This document shows positions 12,115 through 24,800 of a stretch of DNA of 64,000 nt, in pieces. A model generated the notes under the pieces. The model ran no database searches. It saw only the letters and a list, made by a program, of their open reading frames with translations, and was not told the DNA's origin. Location: NCBI RefSeq assembly GCF_902459465.1, contig NC_047067.1, positions 8,680,001-8,744,000 on the forward strand, read 5' to 3'. The DNA is from Asterias rubens. Its lineage: Eukaryota. The translations under genes were made by a program, and so were the position numbers. Position 1 is the stretch's first letter, and every line of letters begins with the position of its first letter.

Positions 12115-13112
12115 AAATGCAGGTGAAACAATTTATGGGCATTGTTAAGTATCGGCCGCGATCACCTGATCTGCCATACTACTTCTGTTTTGTAACTTCC
12201 ACTGGGTTATTCAATTCATTCAAGGACAGATCTTTTGAGGGTGGCAATTATAAATTGCAGAAATAAAAGTCCCTCGGGATCGATAATGTGCTTCATTTCA
12301 CATAGCTGCAGCGTATAGCCAGTTGTTTTTGTCAAGTTAGCGTTGATGTATCCGGCAGGATATTTTGCTGACTAAACAGGAGATGGAGATGTTTTTGCTG
12401 AGCAAAATGTGATCACTGAAAAGGGAGCAGGCACCAGTCGCATCCATTTGTGTTTTGGTTGGGCTTGTAGCCGGTTCCTTCTGCTCAGTGTGAAATTTCA
12501 TTGTTAGGCAATTTTTCTATGCCAGGATTTATTCGAGCCCTTGCATGACGTCATAAGCTCAAACAGCGTAGCAGATTCAATTTTTGGGATGGGGCATAAA
12601 AAATGACATCTTTTTACATAACCACATTACTTCGAAGTGAAACGTTTCCAGATTTTTTTTTAAAAATGCGATTGAAATATGCTGTATAGGCGTACTAAAC
12701 CACAGTTTTTATTGCCATTGAGTTTAAGAGTGATTACCAAACGTACTACCTTCCTTGAACAAGATGTGTAGCTTTTTATTAGTTTCTTGTGTGTAAAAAC
12801 ACTATATCTTGTAGAGAGTGGACAGAGAACTGTCAAATTATGTTCTTTTACTTCTGTATTTTCACAGAGAGTCATAGAACAGACTTTATTATATGAAGTG
12901 GCACTGACCAGTACCAAAAACGTGTAGCCAGTGACTCTGCAAGCTATACCAATGTTTAAAGTCACCTCTGGAAATAGAATTTTTGTTCTTTCAAACATAA
13001 GAGTATATGCTTACGAACAATAAAACAATTTTTTTAGTAATTGTTTGTCACGATTTATATGTTTAAAAAATATATAAAGTTGTTTGGGGGGCTGACTCCG
13101 CCTACCCCTTTT

Positions 13113-13337
13113 GTGACGTCAATCGAGGCAGACTTTGCCTGCAATGCGTATAGTAAGCACACGTGCAAAGTACATGTACATCCAAGTCGTGAGGTGGTAC
13201 ATTTCAAAAAGTGTTTTTCTGCATTCAGCAGCAATACACCTGGTCGGCATTGCCGGAAAAAAAACAAAAAAAACATGTACTTTGCAATTGTGTTTACTCT
13301 ACGCATTACAGGCAAAGTCTGCCTCGATTGACGTCAC
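13113..13337. repeat. Inverted repeat, about 65-bp arms (foldback/MITE remnant)
   Basis: GTGACGTCAATCGAGGCAGACTTTGCCTG... pairs with ...CAGGCAAAGTCTGCCTCGATTGACGTCAC. Confidence 0.85.
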
Positions 13338-13602
13338 GAACAGCGCCCTCTCGGGTCGGGGTCTACTCTTAAATTTGTAAATAACATAAGAACTGATTTT
13401 TTAAAACCTTACTTAACTGTTTATTCACATTCCACTCATCAAAACACATATATTAGTGACAAAAGCTTTATTTTGAAAAAATACCACTTCCAGGTGACTT
13501 TAATCAAAGTGGGCTTCTCAAAGTAGGCGATTCAAATCAAACACGCTTATTGTACTGGATGGTTTATAACTAAATAGAGAGTTAATCCTACTATAGATAC
13601 AC

Positions 13603-13774
13603 CCGATTAGTGTTCATAGGTTTTGGAGGTACGTCGGCCGGTCGACCACGTCAGAGCCAATGAACAGCTCTCCTACATACACGACGAACGTTGCACAGGT
13701 TTCCTTTATTCTGATTCATTACAGCAGGATGAATATTTATGTATCGGCCTCCAAAACCTATGAACACTAGTCGG
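13603..13774. mobile_element. Short MITE
   Basis: 27-bp TIR CCGA(T/C)TAGTGTTCATAGGTTTTGGAGG. TSD unclear. Confidence 0.7.
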
Positions 13775-13811
13775 ACATCACCAGTCACACTAGAGTAGCA
13801 CCGGGCCTGTG

Positions 13812-13968
13812 GTGGATTTCACAAAGGTAGTCCTAACTTAGGACTTGTCCTAGGCAATGCTAAGAGTCCTAAGTTAGGACCAGTAACTCATCCTAACTTA
13901 GGACTGGTCCTATCTCTTAGCATTGCCTAGGACTAGTCCTAAGTTAGGACTATCTTTGTGAAATCCAC
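13812..13968. mobile_element. Short MITE with internal AGTCCTAACTTAGGACT palindromes
   Basis: TIR GTGGATTTCACAAAG...CTTTGTGAAATCCAC. Confidence 0.75.
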
Positions 13969-13997
13969 AGATTATACAGTACATGTACATGTACATG

Positions 13998-14377
13998 TTA
14001 AAGGGACACGTTGCCTTGGATCGGACGAGTTGGTCTATAAAAAGCATTTGTAACCGTTTGTTATAAAACGCATATGGTTGGAAAGATGTTTAAAAAGTAG
14101 AATACAATGATCCACACAAATTTGCCTCGAAATTGCGTGGTTTTCCTTTTGCTTTGCGAACTAACACGGTCGGCCATTTATGTGAGTAAAAAAATTGACT
14201 CCCATTTAAATGGCCGACCGTGTTAGTCGACGAGGCAAAAAGAAAACCACGCAGTTTCGAGGCATTTTGTGTGGATCATTGTATTTTACCTTTCCAACCA
14301 TATGCATTTTATAGCAAACGGTTACAAACGATTTTCAAGTACCAACTCGACCGATCCAAGGCAACGTGTACCTTTAA
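13998..14377. mobile_element. Kolobok-type MITE, family K2
   Basis: TTAAAGGGACACGTTGCCTTGGATCGG...CCGATCCAAGGCAACGTGTACCTTTAA. Confidence 0.88.
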
Positions 14378-15824
14378 AGTTCGTCTGAAACACTTAGGAG
14401 CGACTTGACGCGCTGTAAAGTCTAAAGACCGATTTTGCAGTCGTTCAGAACGACTCTGGAACGTCTTGGTTTTTGAGCCTAACCTATTTTTTGCGAAACA
14501 AAAGTTTATTAAGTTCGAAAGTCGCCGGTATCACAACATGAATTACTGGAAAAGACAATAATTCCTCAGGACCATTCGCTTTTGCGCCCTCTACCGGCAT
14601 AATAGCGTCGCCAACCAAGACAAAAAGTAGCATCAAATACATGGTCTATTTGAAATACAGAGGTGTCGAAGTGACTTACAGCGGCTGGCTAGTCGAATCA
14701 ACTGCCATTCAGAACTAATAAGCAGAAAATGTATTTCTTAAATTTTTGCTCAGAAAAAGATAAACGGATAACAAGCCACAAACCAGAAAACTTGTCTTTT
14801 GGCTTGTCACCCTTTTTTCTGTCAGCAAATGTTTTGAGATTGTCTATTTTAATGCAATAATTGTTTATTAATCTATAACAATCCTTCGGGACTATTTGGT
14901 TGTGGGTTTGATTATCTTTAAAAAATAAATTTTATAAAATTGCGTTTTCAAAAAAAACGGACGTATTGTGCGGGTGAAGATCTACATCCTTTAAAGTAAG
15001 TTTGTACATCAAACTTTAGGCCAGATAATACAAAAAATATAAAGAGCGTCCTCCATTTTGAAAAGGAATGAGGAGGGCCCTTTTCTTTCCTTTTATTTCA
15101 AATTTATTTCAAAATGGTCGCTCGACACATTTTTAAAGACAACCGAAATTTATTTTGTTTGCCTGAGATCGTTGAAGAAATATTATCAAATTTTTCGTTA
15201 AAACCAAAACAAATTGTCATTTAAAAAATAAAATCGGCCTCTAAAAAGGAAGTTGGACACGCTATACATAAGCATATTGCCTTTTATACCTAAGACACAC
15301 TAAATATTATAGTTATGTAGGCTAGGCCTAGATGAACGTTTTTTATCGACTTTTATGTATAGACTTATTGTAGTCTCGATGGTTTTCGAACATTTTCGGT
15401 AACCCAATATTCTATTTTTTTGGTTAAATTAAATAATTAACGTTTGTTGAGGGTAATGTTCTTTAAACTTTTTTATAATGCACGTGTTTATATTTTAACA
15501 ACATTTTTTGATATTTTTGCACATCTGACTTGTTAGTTTTGGTAGACAGAAAATTAATCCCTCACCTCAAGGCTTGAAAAGTGGCTACACTTTAAAGGGT
15601 GGATACACGTTTCGTAAATACTCAAAATAAATATTAACTTAAAAACTGACTTGGTAACGAGCATGGGAGAGCTGTTGATAGCATAGAACATTGTGAGAAA
15701 CGGCTCCCTCTGAAGTAGCATATATTTTGAGAAAGAGGTAATTTCTCAATAAAAATAATAAAAGACTTCTAGTTAGGGTGTGTTATTTTATGCTTATGTT
15801 GGGATACACAAAGTGAGAAGACTG

Positions 15825-16896
15825 GGCCCAATTTCATAGAGCTGCTTAACGGTCGATTTTGTGCTTAACGGGTGCACCTAGCAAGTTTTTCATGTCATAC
15901 CCTTGCTTAAGCAAACGATGTTATTGTGCCGGCACAGCGGTGATTGTACGTGCGTTTGTATGGTAGGTGTAGCGAATAAACGAGTGTCTAAAATGCTTCA
16001 GAATCATGCTGTACAATGTATTATCTTCTTGTTTACTTTCAAGTTAGTGTGTAAACCTTTCGAGGGGCACTTTGAACCATTACAAATAATACATATCAGA
16101 CACAGAAGGTGATGAATTTTTTTTTTATCGCCACTCGAGTGCACTCCGCATTTATTTCGCCCGCCATTTTGTCAGCACCTTCTTCATTTTCGCTTAAGCA
16201 AACGTTCTAAAATGTTGCGCGCGCAGTTTGTTTACGTGCTAAAGCTAGCAACCGCTGGTGAAACAGGTTTACGCTTAAGCAATTTTTGTTGCTACGTTAA
16301 GCCAACATATTTGCTTACCGTTAAGCAGCCCTAGACCATGCACACAGTGCAAAATACACTGCCTTCTTCTGTTTTGCTTAAAGGAACACGTTGCCTTGGA
16401 TTGGTCGAGTTGGTCTTTGAAAAGCGTTTGTAACCGTTTGTTATAAAATTGATATGGTTAGAAAGATTTTGTAAAAGTAGAATACAATGATCTACACAAA
16501 TATGCCTCAAAATTGCGTGGTTTTCGTTTTACCTCGTCGACTAACACGGTCGGCCATTTATGGGAGTCAAAAAATTAACCGTGTTAATTCGCGACGTAAA
16601 ATGAAAACCGTGCAATTTTGAGTGATACTTGTGTGGGTCATTATACTCTACTTTAAAACATCTTTCCAACCATATACATTACATAACGGTTTGAAACGCT
16701 TTCTTATAGACCAACTCGTCCGATCCTAGGCAACGTGTTCCTTTAAGTAAACGATCTAAAATCTCCGCGCGCAGATTGTTTACGTGCTTAAGCTCGTGTA
16801 CGTTTAGCATTGAATCCGAATGGTTTTAAGCAATTATTTTTGCTACGTTAAGCGAACAAATTTGCTTACCGTTAAGCAGCTCTATGAAATTGGGCC
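15825..16896. mobile_element. PIF/Harbinger-type MITE (family H1)
   Basis: Perfect 29-bp TIR GGCCCAATTTCATAGAGCTGCTTAACGGT. 3-bp TSD CTG at 15822-15824 and 16897-16899. Confidence 0.9.
16378..16746. mobile_element. Kolobok-type MITE, family K2, nested in H1
   Basis: TTAA-AGGAACACGTTGCCTTGG...CCTAGGCAACGTGTTCCT-TTAA. Confidence 0.9.
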
Positions 16897-17363
16897 CTGG
16901 TCTTCGACAATTACCAAACGTGTCAATTATAGCTTTGACTGTGTGCGTCGAAATGACAATACATAGTCGTCATTATGATGCCATGTTATACCTCCATGCT
17001 GCAACAATTCGGCAAATAAATAAACAAATAAATAGACCAAGGCTTTTTCCGCGATTTTTTTTCTGATAAGACATAAGCACATACGACTTGCTGGTATTAA
17101 AAACAATAATTGTTTTTTTTTGGACGAGCCAAAATTGTAGATTAAACAACGCTTTGCCCATTCGTTTAAAATAGCTCCCCACAAAAAAAATAACATTTGT
17201 TTTTCTCCACGGTAGCAAATAATGAATTCCTGAAATTTTCCAGCAACTAAAGTTCTCGGTTTGCAGTAAACCTATTTAGGCTACCACTTGAATATTAAAA
17301 CAATAAGTCAAAAAAGAAAACATTAACTGTATAAAACACTTTAATTGTGACTTTGGGTAATAT

Positions 17364-17750
17364 TTAAAGGCAGTGGACACTATTGGTAATTACTCAAAAT
17401 AATTATTAGCATAAAACCTCACTTGGTAACGAGTAAAGGGGAGAGGTTGATAGTATAAAACATTGTGAGAAACGGCTCCCTCTGAAGTGCCATAGTTTTC
17501 GAGAAAGAAGTAATTTTACACGAATTTGATTTAAAGACCTCAGATTTAGAATTTGAGGTCTCGAAATCAACCATCTAAACGCACACAACTTCGTGTGACA
17601 TGGGTGTTTTTTTCTTTCATTATTATCTCGCAAGTTCGATGACCGATTGAGCTCAAATTTTCACAGGTTTGTTATTTTATGCATATGTTGAGACACACCA
17701 ACTGTGAAGGCTAGTCTTTGACAATTACCAATAGTGTCCACTGCCTTTAA
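17364..17750. mobile_element. Kolobok-type MITE, family K1 (full length)
   Basis: TTAA-AGGCAGTGGACACTATTGGTAATT...AATTACCAATAGTGTCCACTGCCT-TTAA. TTAA TSD with AGG/CCT ends. Confidence 0.85.
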
Positions 17751-17864
17751 ATACTAATAACTGTTTACCTAAACAAGATTTTATTTTGTTGAGATGAACG
17801 CTTTACCGGAGCTACCTGCAGCTGATGAGTATGCGATAGTAGGCCTATACTAAAGTTTCACCAG

Positions 17865-18057
17865 GGCCCAATTTCATAAAGCTGTTAAGCAGAAAATACT
17901 GCTTGCCAAACTTCTTTGATAAGCAAAAAATGTGTTGGGTATCAGTCGCAGCAACGATAACTGTATGGTAGTCTCCTGGTAAGCTTGTTTTGCTAAGCAA
18001 TGCTATTTTGTGCTTAGCAAGTTTTTGTGCTAACAACAGGCTTTATGAAATTCGGCC
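17865..18057. mobile_element. Harbinger-type MITE H1 (short copy)
   Basis: GGCCCAATTTCATAAAGC...GCTTTATGAAATTCGGCC, with left flank CAG. Confidence 0.75.
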
Positions 18058-18861
18058 CATAACAAAAAGTCAGGAATATCTAAACACAGTGTGTTGTTTA
18101 AACTTAGCAAGCCTTGTTATGTGCTTACGGTATGCACGGCATTAGCCGTTAAGCAGTTTTATGAAATTGGACCCCAAAATATCCAGGCTACCCTGGCTGC
18201 TTAACATGGGTAGAGGGAAGTTAAGTAAACAGAGGGCGCTATCTCACTTTGTGCGTTTCAATTTTCCCGACATCACTGGGGAAATGTGGGGAACAATCGG
18301 GGCGGGGGAAGGGGTTCCAAGCGCGCAGAGGAGGGAGGGCGGGGGTACTCCCCATCCTAACCCGAACTGGTTCACCACATAGCAGGTAACATTCTTGTCA
18401 GCGGTCCCACTTTTAAACATACCAACCTCCACCTATTACACAAAATGAAAGATGACATCGTTCGGTCTCGCGGGAGGAACTATTCCATTTTGGGGAACAT
18501 GAGGTTCTCATTATTTTCGGACTCTTTCAAACCTTCCAATTGGCAGTACATGGTGACGATTTTATCTCCCCAAACCACATTCCGAAGTGTTTTGGAAAAC
18601 CCCAAGAAGAAATACTGCTCAACCCACTTACTGATCACAAAGCGAAGATCTATTGTCAATTTGCCGACCTGGATCCCGGGGTCAGAGAGTCTCTTGTTAC
18701 TTATCCCAATTCCTTTTTATCAACCCATTGCGAGTCCCATTATTTTTTTTGGTTAGGGTTAGCTATAAATACCATTACCCGATCATAGTACTTCCATATA
18801 AACGTATTGAACAGACAACCTGCGGAACATTGAACGGTATTTTGCTGCACCGCCATTAAGT

Positions 18862-21800
18862 ATGGCAGGTCGGATCCGACGGTATGCGACCTCCCTCTCC
18901 AGCCTGATCTTGTGGGTGTTTTGGCTCAAATTGACGGCAGCTAGTGACGGCTCGCAGGGACATTACGAAGGGGGGTCTCTCACATGGATCGCCGATCAAA
19001 ACAATCCACGGAATGTAAGTAAAATGCTCATTGTTTTGTTCTCTCTCTCAGTGTAAATTTAACTGGTCGTGTATGGTCAAGCGCACTGGACTCAATCTCT
19101 GGTTGGTGTGGGGGGTTCGAATCCTGGACGTAGTCCTTACACACGGCCATTATTACGTCGTCCTTCGGATAGGACGTAAAGCCTTTGGTATCTCACGTTG
19201 TGTTAATGCACTTGAAAGAACCCATTACATTCTTATCGTTGTTTTCTGGTATGCTTGGGGAAGAACGTGCCAAAGCGTCTGATGTAAACCGTTACATTGT
19301 GCTATGTCGATGGGCTGCTGGTGAAATGGGTCTTACATAGCTTAGGTATGCTTGTAGCAACAATTTGAAAGCAGCGTTACATAGGAATTGCATTGTTAAT
19401 ATTTTTTGTTGAAGAACAAATTAAAAAGGTTTGAAAAATTGAGCATGCTCTTCTCTTTCTTCTACACTTTCTTATGTTGTATGATTCCTTATAATCTTTG
19501 AATTATTACTGTGTCGTATTATCTTATTGATTAAGGTTACCAAAATTCTTGATCGCTTTGCAGATCATGAATTTAGGAATGTGAAAGAAAACTTGGGTTG
19601 AACCCACCACCAACTGCAGCCATCTGGGCCTAATTTCATAAAGCTGTTAAGCAGAAAAAATACTGCTTACTTAGCAAATTTCTTTGCTAAGCATAAATTG
19701 AGTGGGACACCAGTTGTAACAATGCAAGCTTAATGTAATTTTGGCCGGTTACCTGTTTCTGTTAAGCAACACTTTCCTGTGCTTATCAAGTTTCTGTACT
19801 TACAGGTTTTATGAAATCGGGCCTGAACTGCGGGATGGTAAAGATTGACTCAATGTCAGTTTTGGTGTAGGGGCCTACCATCACAAAACACTGCTTTTAA
19901 CGAATGGTGTCTTTTAAATCAAAATATTAAAAGTAAGACTGCGTCAGCTGAACACTACTTGTTTAACACAATTTGATAACTGATGCTTCCAAAAACTCCA
20001 TGTTCTGGGTTTCTCATAACTATACAAATGTTATCTCTCCCCTTTTTTAAAGATTTAAATAATACTTTTGATTTTTTTTTAAAGAATATTGAAACTAAAC
20101 AATATTGGGAAAAAAGACGTATAGACAAAATTTTCTTTCAGTACGTTCGAGTGCATAGAAACTGTGTTTCATGTTTGACTTGACTCAGTAAAAAAAATCA
20201 AAATATTATTTCCAAAGGAAAAAACCAATTCTCCGGAAAGAGTGAATCTTTATATTTTCTCTCTTTTCCCCAATAGGTAAACATCACGTTCCAGTTGAAC
20301 TTCAGACACAGTTACTTCAACGGCTACCTACACGAGCAATGCAGCGAAACCGCGATCCGGGAGAAGGAGGTACTGAGCACGGAGGGCTCGTTCCGGGTAG
20401 ACGGTGAGAGAGTGACCTGGGCGAACTACGTCTGCACGGACTTCGACGAGGAGATTAATTGGAGCACTGGTAGCTTTACATTCACTCATCGTCTGACTCC
20501 AGAACAAACAGGAATTGATGTCAAGTATGTATTGCAGGGGTGTTTTTAACATTCTTTTCCTGATCCATCCCCCGCAGAATGATGTAAACCATCCCGGTCA
20601 TTACCTCATTGGGCCCTCAAAACATTAACGCTCTTTTCTGAAGGAAATTAATGTACATTATGTTTGCACATTCTTAATTGTTTGAAGACTTCTTTTTATG
20701 TTTGTTTGTATTTATGATAAACAAAGAATACCTTTATTTTATATTGTTTAATATGCCAAGAAATAATATGACTGAATGTAAATCGGTGCCATGACAACTA
20801 ATTTTGACTGAACCCATGTACACTGATGTGTACTGTCCAGAGTTCTGTGAAAAAGAAAATCGCAGGCATATTTCTCGGGTGGGATTCGATCCACGACCTT
20901 TGCAATTCTAGAGAAGTTGTTAGTCATAATTAATCGCCTGTTGGTCCCCTTGCTCGAGTGTTCGCTATACTTACAATGAAGTTAACAATCTTCATTTCAG
21001 TTTTGAGGAGTGTTGCTGGCTGACAGAGATCGCCAATAACGGGCAGCAAGTCTCCGAGGGTCGGGGTTGGAACCTCGCCAGCAGGGTCGACATCTCCCCT
21101 CGCCCGGACAATAATAAAGTGAACAGCCCACCGGTGTCACTGTCTCTGCCCGTATACCGGATGAAGAAGGGCTGCCCTGGTGTACTGTACATTCCTGGTA
21201 GGTCCAGTCCCCAATTTCTCAAAAAGCAGCTTAGCAAAACAAAATGGTGCTCAGCTGAATAAGGCCACCAGCCAAACTGACATGTCACATGTACAATTTG
21301 TGACTGGTATCCTGCTCATATCTGCTTAGCAGACAGTTGTTAAGCAGCTCTATGAAGTTGGGGCCAGATGTCATTCCTTCAGTCTGTCATATTTTGATAT
21401 CCGTATTTTCTTGGTGTGATTATTTTCCCCACGGCAATAACACTTATATCCACACAAACGAAACATGACACTGAAACGATCAATCATGCTCAAACAGTTT
21501 TAGCATAATTCATCATGAATGTGGCCAGTGTATCTAAGTTTTAATAACTTCGTGCAAGAAAAATGTCATATAGATTTGTTCGTTGTTTTTGCGCATATTT
21601 TGGTCCTCGTCTTAATAAGTTGTGTTGTTTATATATTATATGATGATAAATGTTCTGGTTGAGACTCTTAAAAGGCACTGGACAATGAACACGGTTGGTC
21701 GTTACTCAAAATACATGTTAGCATAACACCAACTTACTAGGTAGTAATGAGCAACGGAGAGTTGTTGGTAGTGAGAAACGACTCTCTCTGAAGTAACGTA

Positions 21801-24800
21801 TTTAAAAGAAAAAGGTTATTTGTCACTTTTGTTTGAAGGTCTGAAGTTTTTGCATATGCAATTGTGTCCGTCCGGACACATTTGCATATGCAGTTGTGTC
21901 CGCCCCGTGCAAAACCGTCCTTGCGGTAAATTAAACGCCCTGGATAGACGGAACACGCTCGCCATTTTTTTACAAGCTAAGTGCATGTCATGAATGACAT
22001 GGGAAATGTTCGGCCGTTGGGTATTCGCAGCAATCATAAAAATACGTGAATATTCATGCTGCATAGGCCTACGTAGGTTCAGTGCATGCACACTCGCTTA
22101 CGCGCGCACGTCATGTACAGTGATGTACATGTCCGCCGGACGGTTTTTGCATAGCCCCGGACACGATTGCATATGCAAAAGTGTCCGGAGCGGACAGTAT
22201 TGCATGGCGGACACAATTGTATTTGACACCGGTCGTTAAAGAATCGAGCCCAGCAAACCAACCATTGCATCATCCTCTCTTCACGGCCCCACCCCACCTT
22301 TATCCTTTTAAAACAGAACAATACAACCATTCTTTAAAAATGAAATGTTGTTGGCCATTGTTATACTTCGTCTTCAGCATCCGATCTTGACGATGACGTC
22401 ATTCGGTGTAGGTGGACGGACCGTGACAGAAGGGAATGTAATCTACATGATGGTGACGTGTGTGGCCCGTTGTTTGTGGACTCAAAGAGGAAGAAATTAG
22501 GAGCAGAACTTGAAGAGGTGTGTTGCTTGAATTTTACTTTTAACTTAAAAAACAAAATTGGCAAATCGAGGGTGCCCACTGACGGCGGATTGCCCCTTCC
22601 CTTGAGTACGGATGATATTTTGCAGTTCCAAGGCACTTGGCGATGCTGGGGGTCTGCGGCTCTCCTCCCCCGCCAAGTTTCACGTCCAATCGCAGGGTGA
22701 TCAGCCATTTTGCGTGTCGATCAGTAGAAGTTAAAGTTTACCGGGTCAGACCATTTGTCAATTCCACTTTCACTTTTTAAATTATAAAATCGACTAAAAC
22801 TGCATTTGCGGGACACTTATTCCCAGTCAGCATTTTACTTTGTTCCCCGCTACAATACTTAAAAATAGAAACACCAATGTAGTACATTCCTATTTCTAAA
22901 TATGTATGTCTGAATTTTACAGGACACCTGTAAGTTGACATTTCGAGCTAAGAACCCCGTTGGTATCTACGCTGTGTCGGTCATGCTTGAAGACTTTGCT
23001 CCCACCGACCTTACCTCGCCACTCAGCAAGATCCCTCTACAGTTTCTCTTCGAGATCTTGCCGAATAAGGGACCGTGTCGACAGCCTCGGGTACTGGGTG
23101 GCCACGGCGAGTGTGTGACGGTACCGGCCGGTCAGGAGATGCAGCATACCATCTTGGCTCAGAGTTCCTCGCCAGAATTTGAGTATGTTACACACTCCCT
23201 ATTTTATGTGAAATGCATGTATTGCGGTTGAAACCATTATGAAGAAACTACAACATAGTAAACTTGCACACACCTGACTGTAAAAATCATTCTAACACTA
23301 GAGGGTCAGTGTACTAAAACATGACCCATTCTGAGCCAGTATAACCCAAAATCTGGATCAAAATAACACAGAAATGAGTCAAGCACAGAATCCGAGTTAG
23401 TGACCAGTTTCTGGGTAAGTTTGACCCATGAGTAAAAAACAAGTTGACTTTAAAAAATCTTCAACTTACAAGATTTCAGCCGTAGATTTCACCCAACTCA
23501 TGGGTTTAATCCACGGACTGAGGACGAACATAGTTCCGAAACCGTAGACGTTAGGACGCATTGAAACCATCCAAAGTTAGGACGAGTTTATATTCGTCCG
23601 GAGTTAGGACGAGTTTATACTCGTCCTGAGTTAGGACGAGTTTATACTCGTCCCGAGTTAGGACGAGTTTATACTCGTCCTAACTCAAAATAGGATTAAT
23701 CCTATAGCGTTTCGTGAAATCGGCTTTTGGGAAGTTCAGTGTTTAATTAAAGTACGGATACGGGACCGATTGAAGAGAACTTAGTAAATATTAATCTAAA
23801 ATCTGCTCAAAACACGTTTCTGTCTTAAACTTCCCCTAAACAGCGCGAAGACAATTATGTCCTTCAAACATTTCATTTTGTATTCGAATTTGCCATATCA
23901 AAGTGTATAAAATCTGCAGCTTAAAAGATGCCAGAGAAGTTCAGTGTTTACTGAAAGCAGGGATACGGGAACGATTAAGTAGAACTTAGTAAATATTAAT
24001 ATGAAAGCATGTCTTGTATAAACAAGTTTCTGTCCGATATTTCCCCCTGAACAGTTCGAAGAAAATCATGTCCTTCAAGCCTTTCACATTTTATTTGGCT
24101 TTGCCATATCAAAGTTTATAAAATTTGCAGCTTAAAAGTTCAGTGTTTACTGAAAGCACGGATATGGGATCGACTGAATAAAAAAAAGTAAATATTAATC
24201 TGAAAGCATGTCTTATGTTAACACGTTTCTGTGCAATATTTACACACAATATAAAATGCCAGAAAATCATGTTCAATCCTTTCACTTCATATTTGACTTA
24301 GCCAAATCAAAAGAAGTATTATTGCTAAAGAACGTGCAAAGAACTATTAATGCACTGATTGTTAAGTTGACCATGGCGTGCAGATTTGAATAAATTCTTC
24401 CACATATCAATAACGATGTATGCCCCCATCAACAAGTGGGTCGTGCGTGACACCAGATTTCAAAATCAGGTTGAATTTAAGCTCAACAAAAACGTGCAGT
24501 GCACGTAAAATCCTTGACAAAATTATGTTCAGTCTGTGTTTTTTTCTCTCCATGAAACATCAAGCTAATATGACATATTAAAGATTACATGATGGTGTGT
24601 TGGTTCAAAGTAAATTAGGATAGAGATCATTGTACTTTATTTTACTATCAAGCCACTCTCCTTATTCATTTTTTGAAATGTAATCCATTTCTGACCATAC
24701 ATTAATAATTCTTCTCTTTCTCCGTAAAACGTGACCAGCTAAGATGACATATTATATTAATATACCGATTACATCATGGGGTGTTAGTCCAAAACTTGTG

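Larger units (their letters stand above)
15592..16925. mobile_element. K1-related Kolobok-type MITE interrupted by nested insertions
   Basis: The left part 15592-15824 and the right part 16897-16925 rejoin as GAGAAGACTGGTCTTCGACAATTACC, which matches uninterrupted copies such as 61441-61475. Confidence 0.8.

Noticed and set aside
17406-17633. Recurrent ORFs of the type KHPCHTKLCAFRWLISRPQ (also 26720, 29564, 46736, 61163)
   Set aside because: They are incidental frames within copies of the non-coding K1 MITE, not a gene family or transposase.
23575-23692. CRISPR-like appearance of short palindromic repeats
   Set aside because: The units are contiguous with no unique spacers, the context is eukaryotic, and there are no cas genes.
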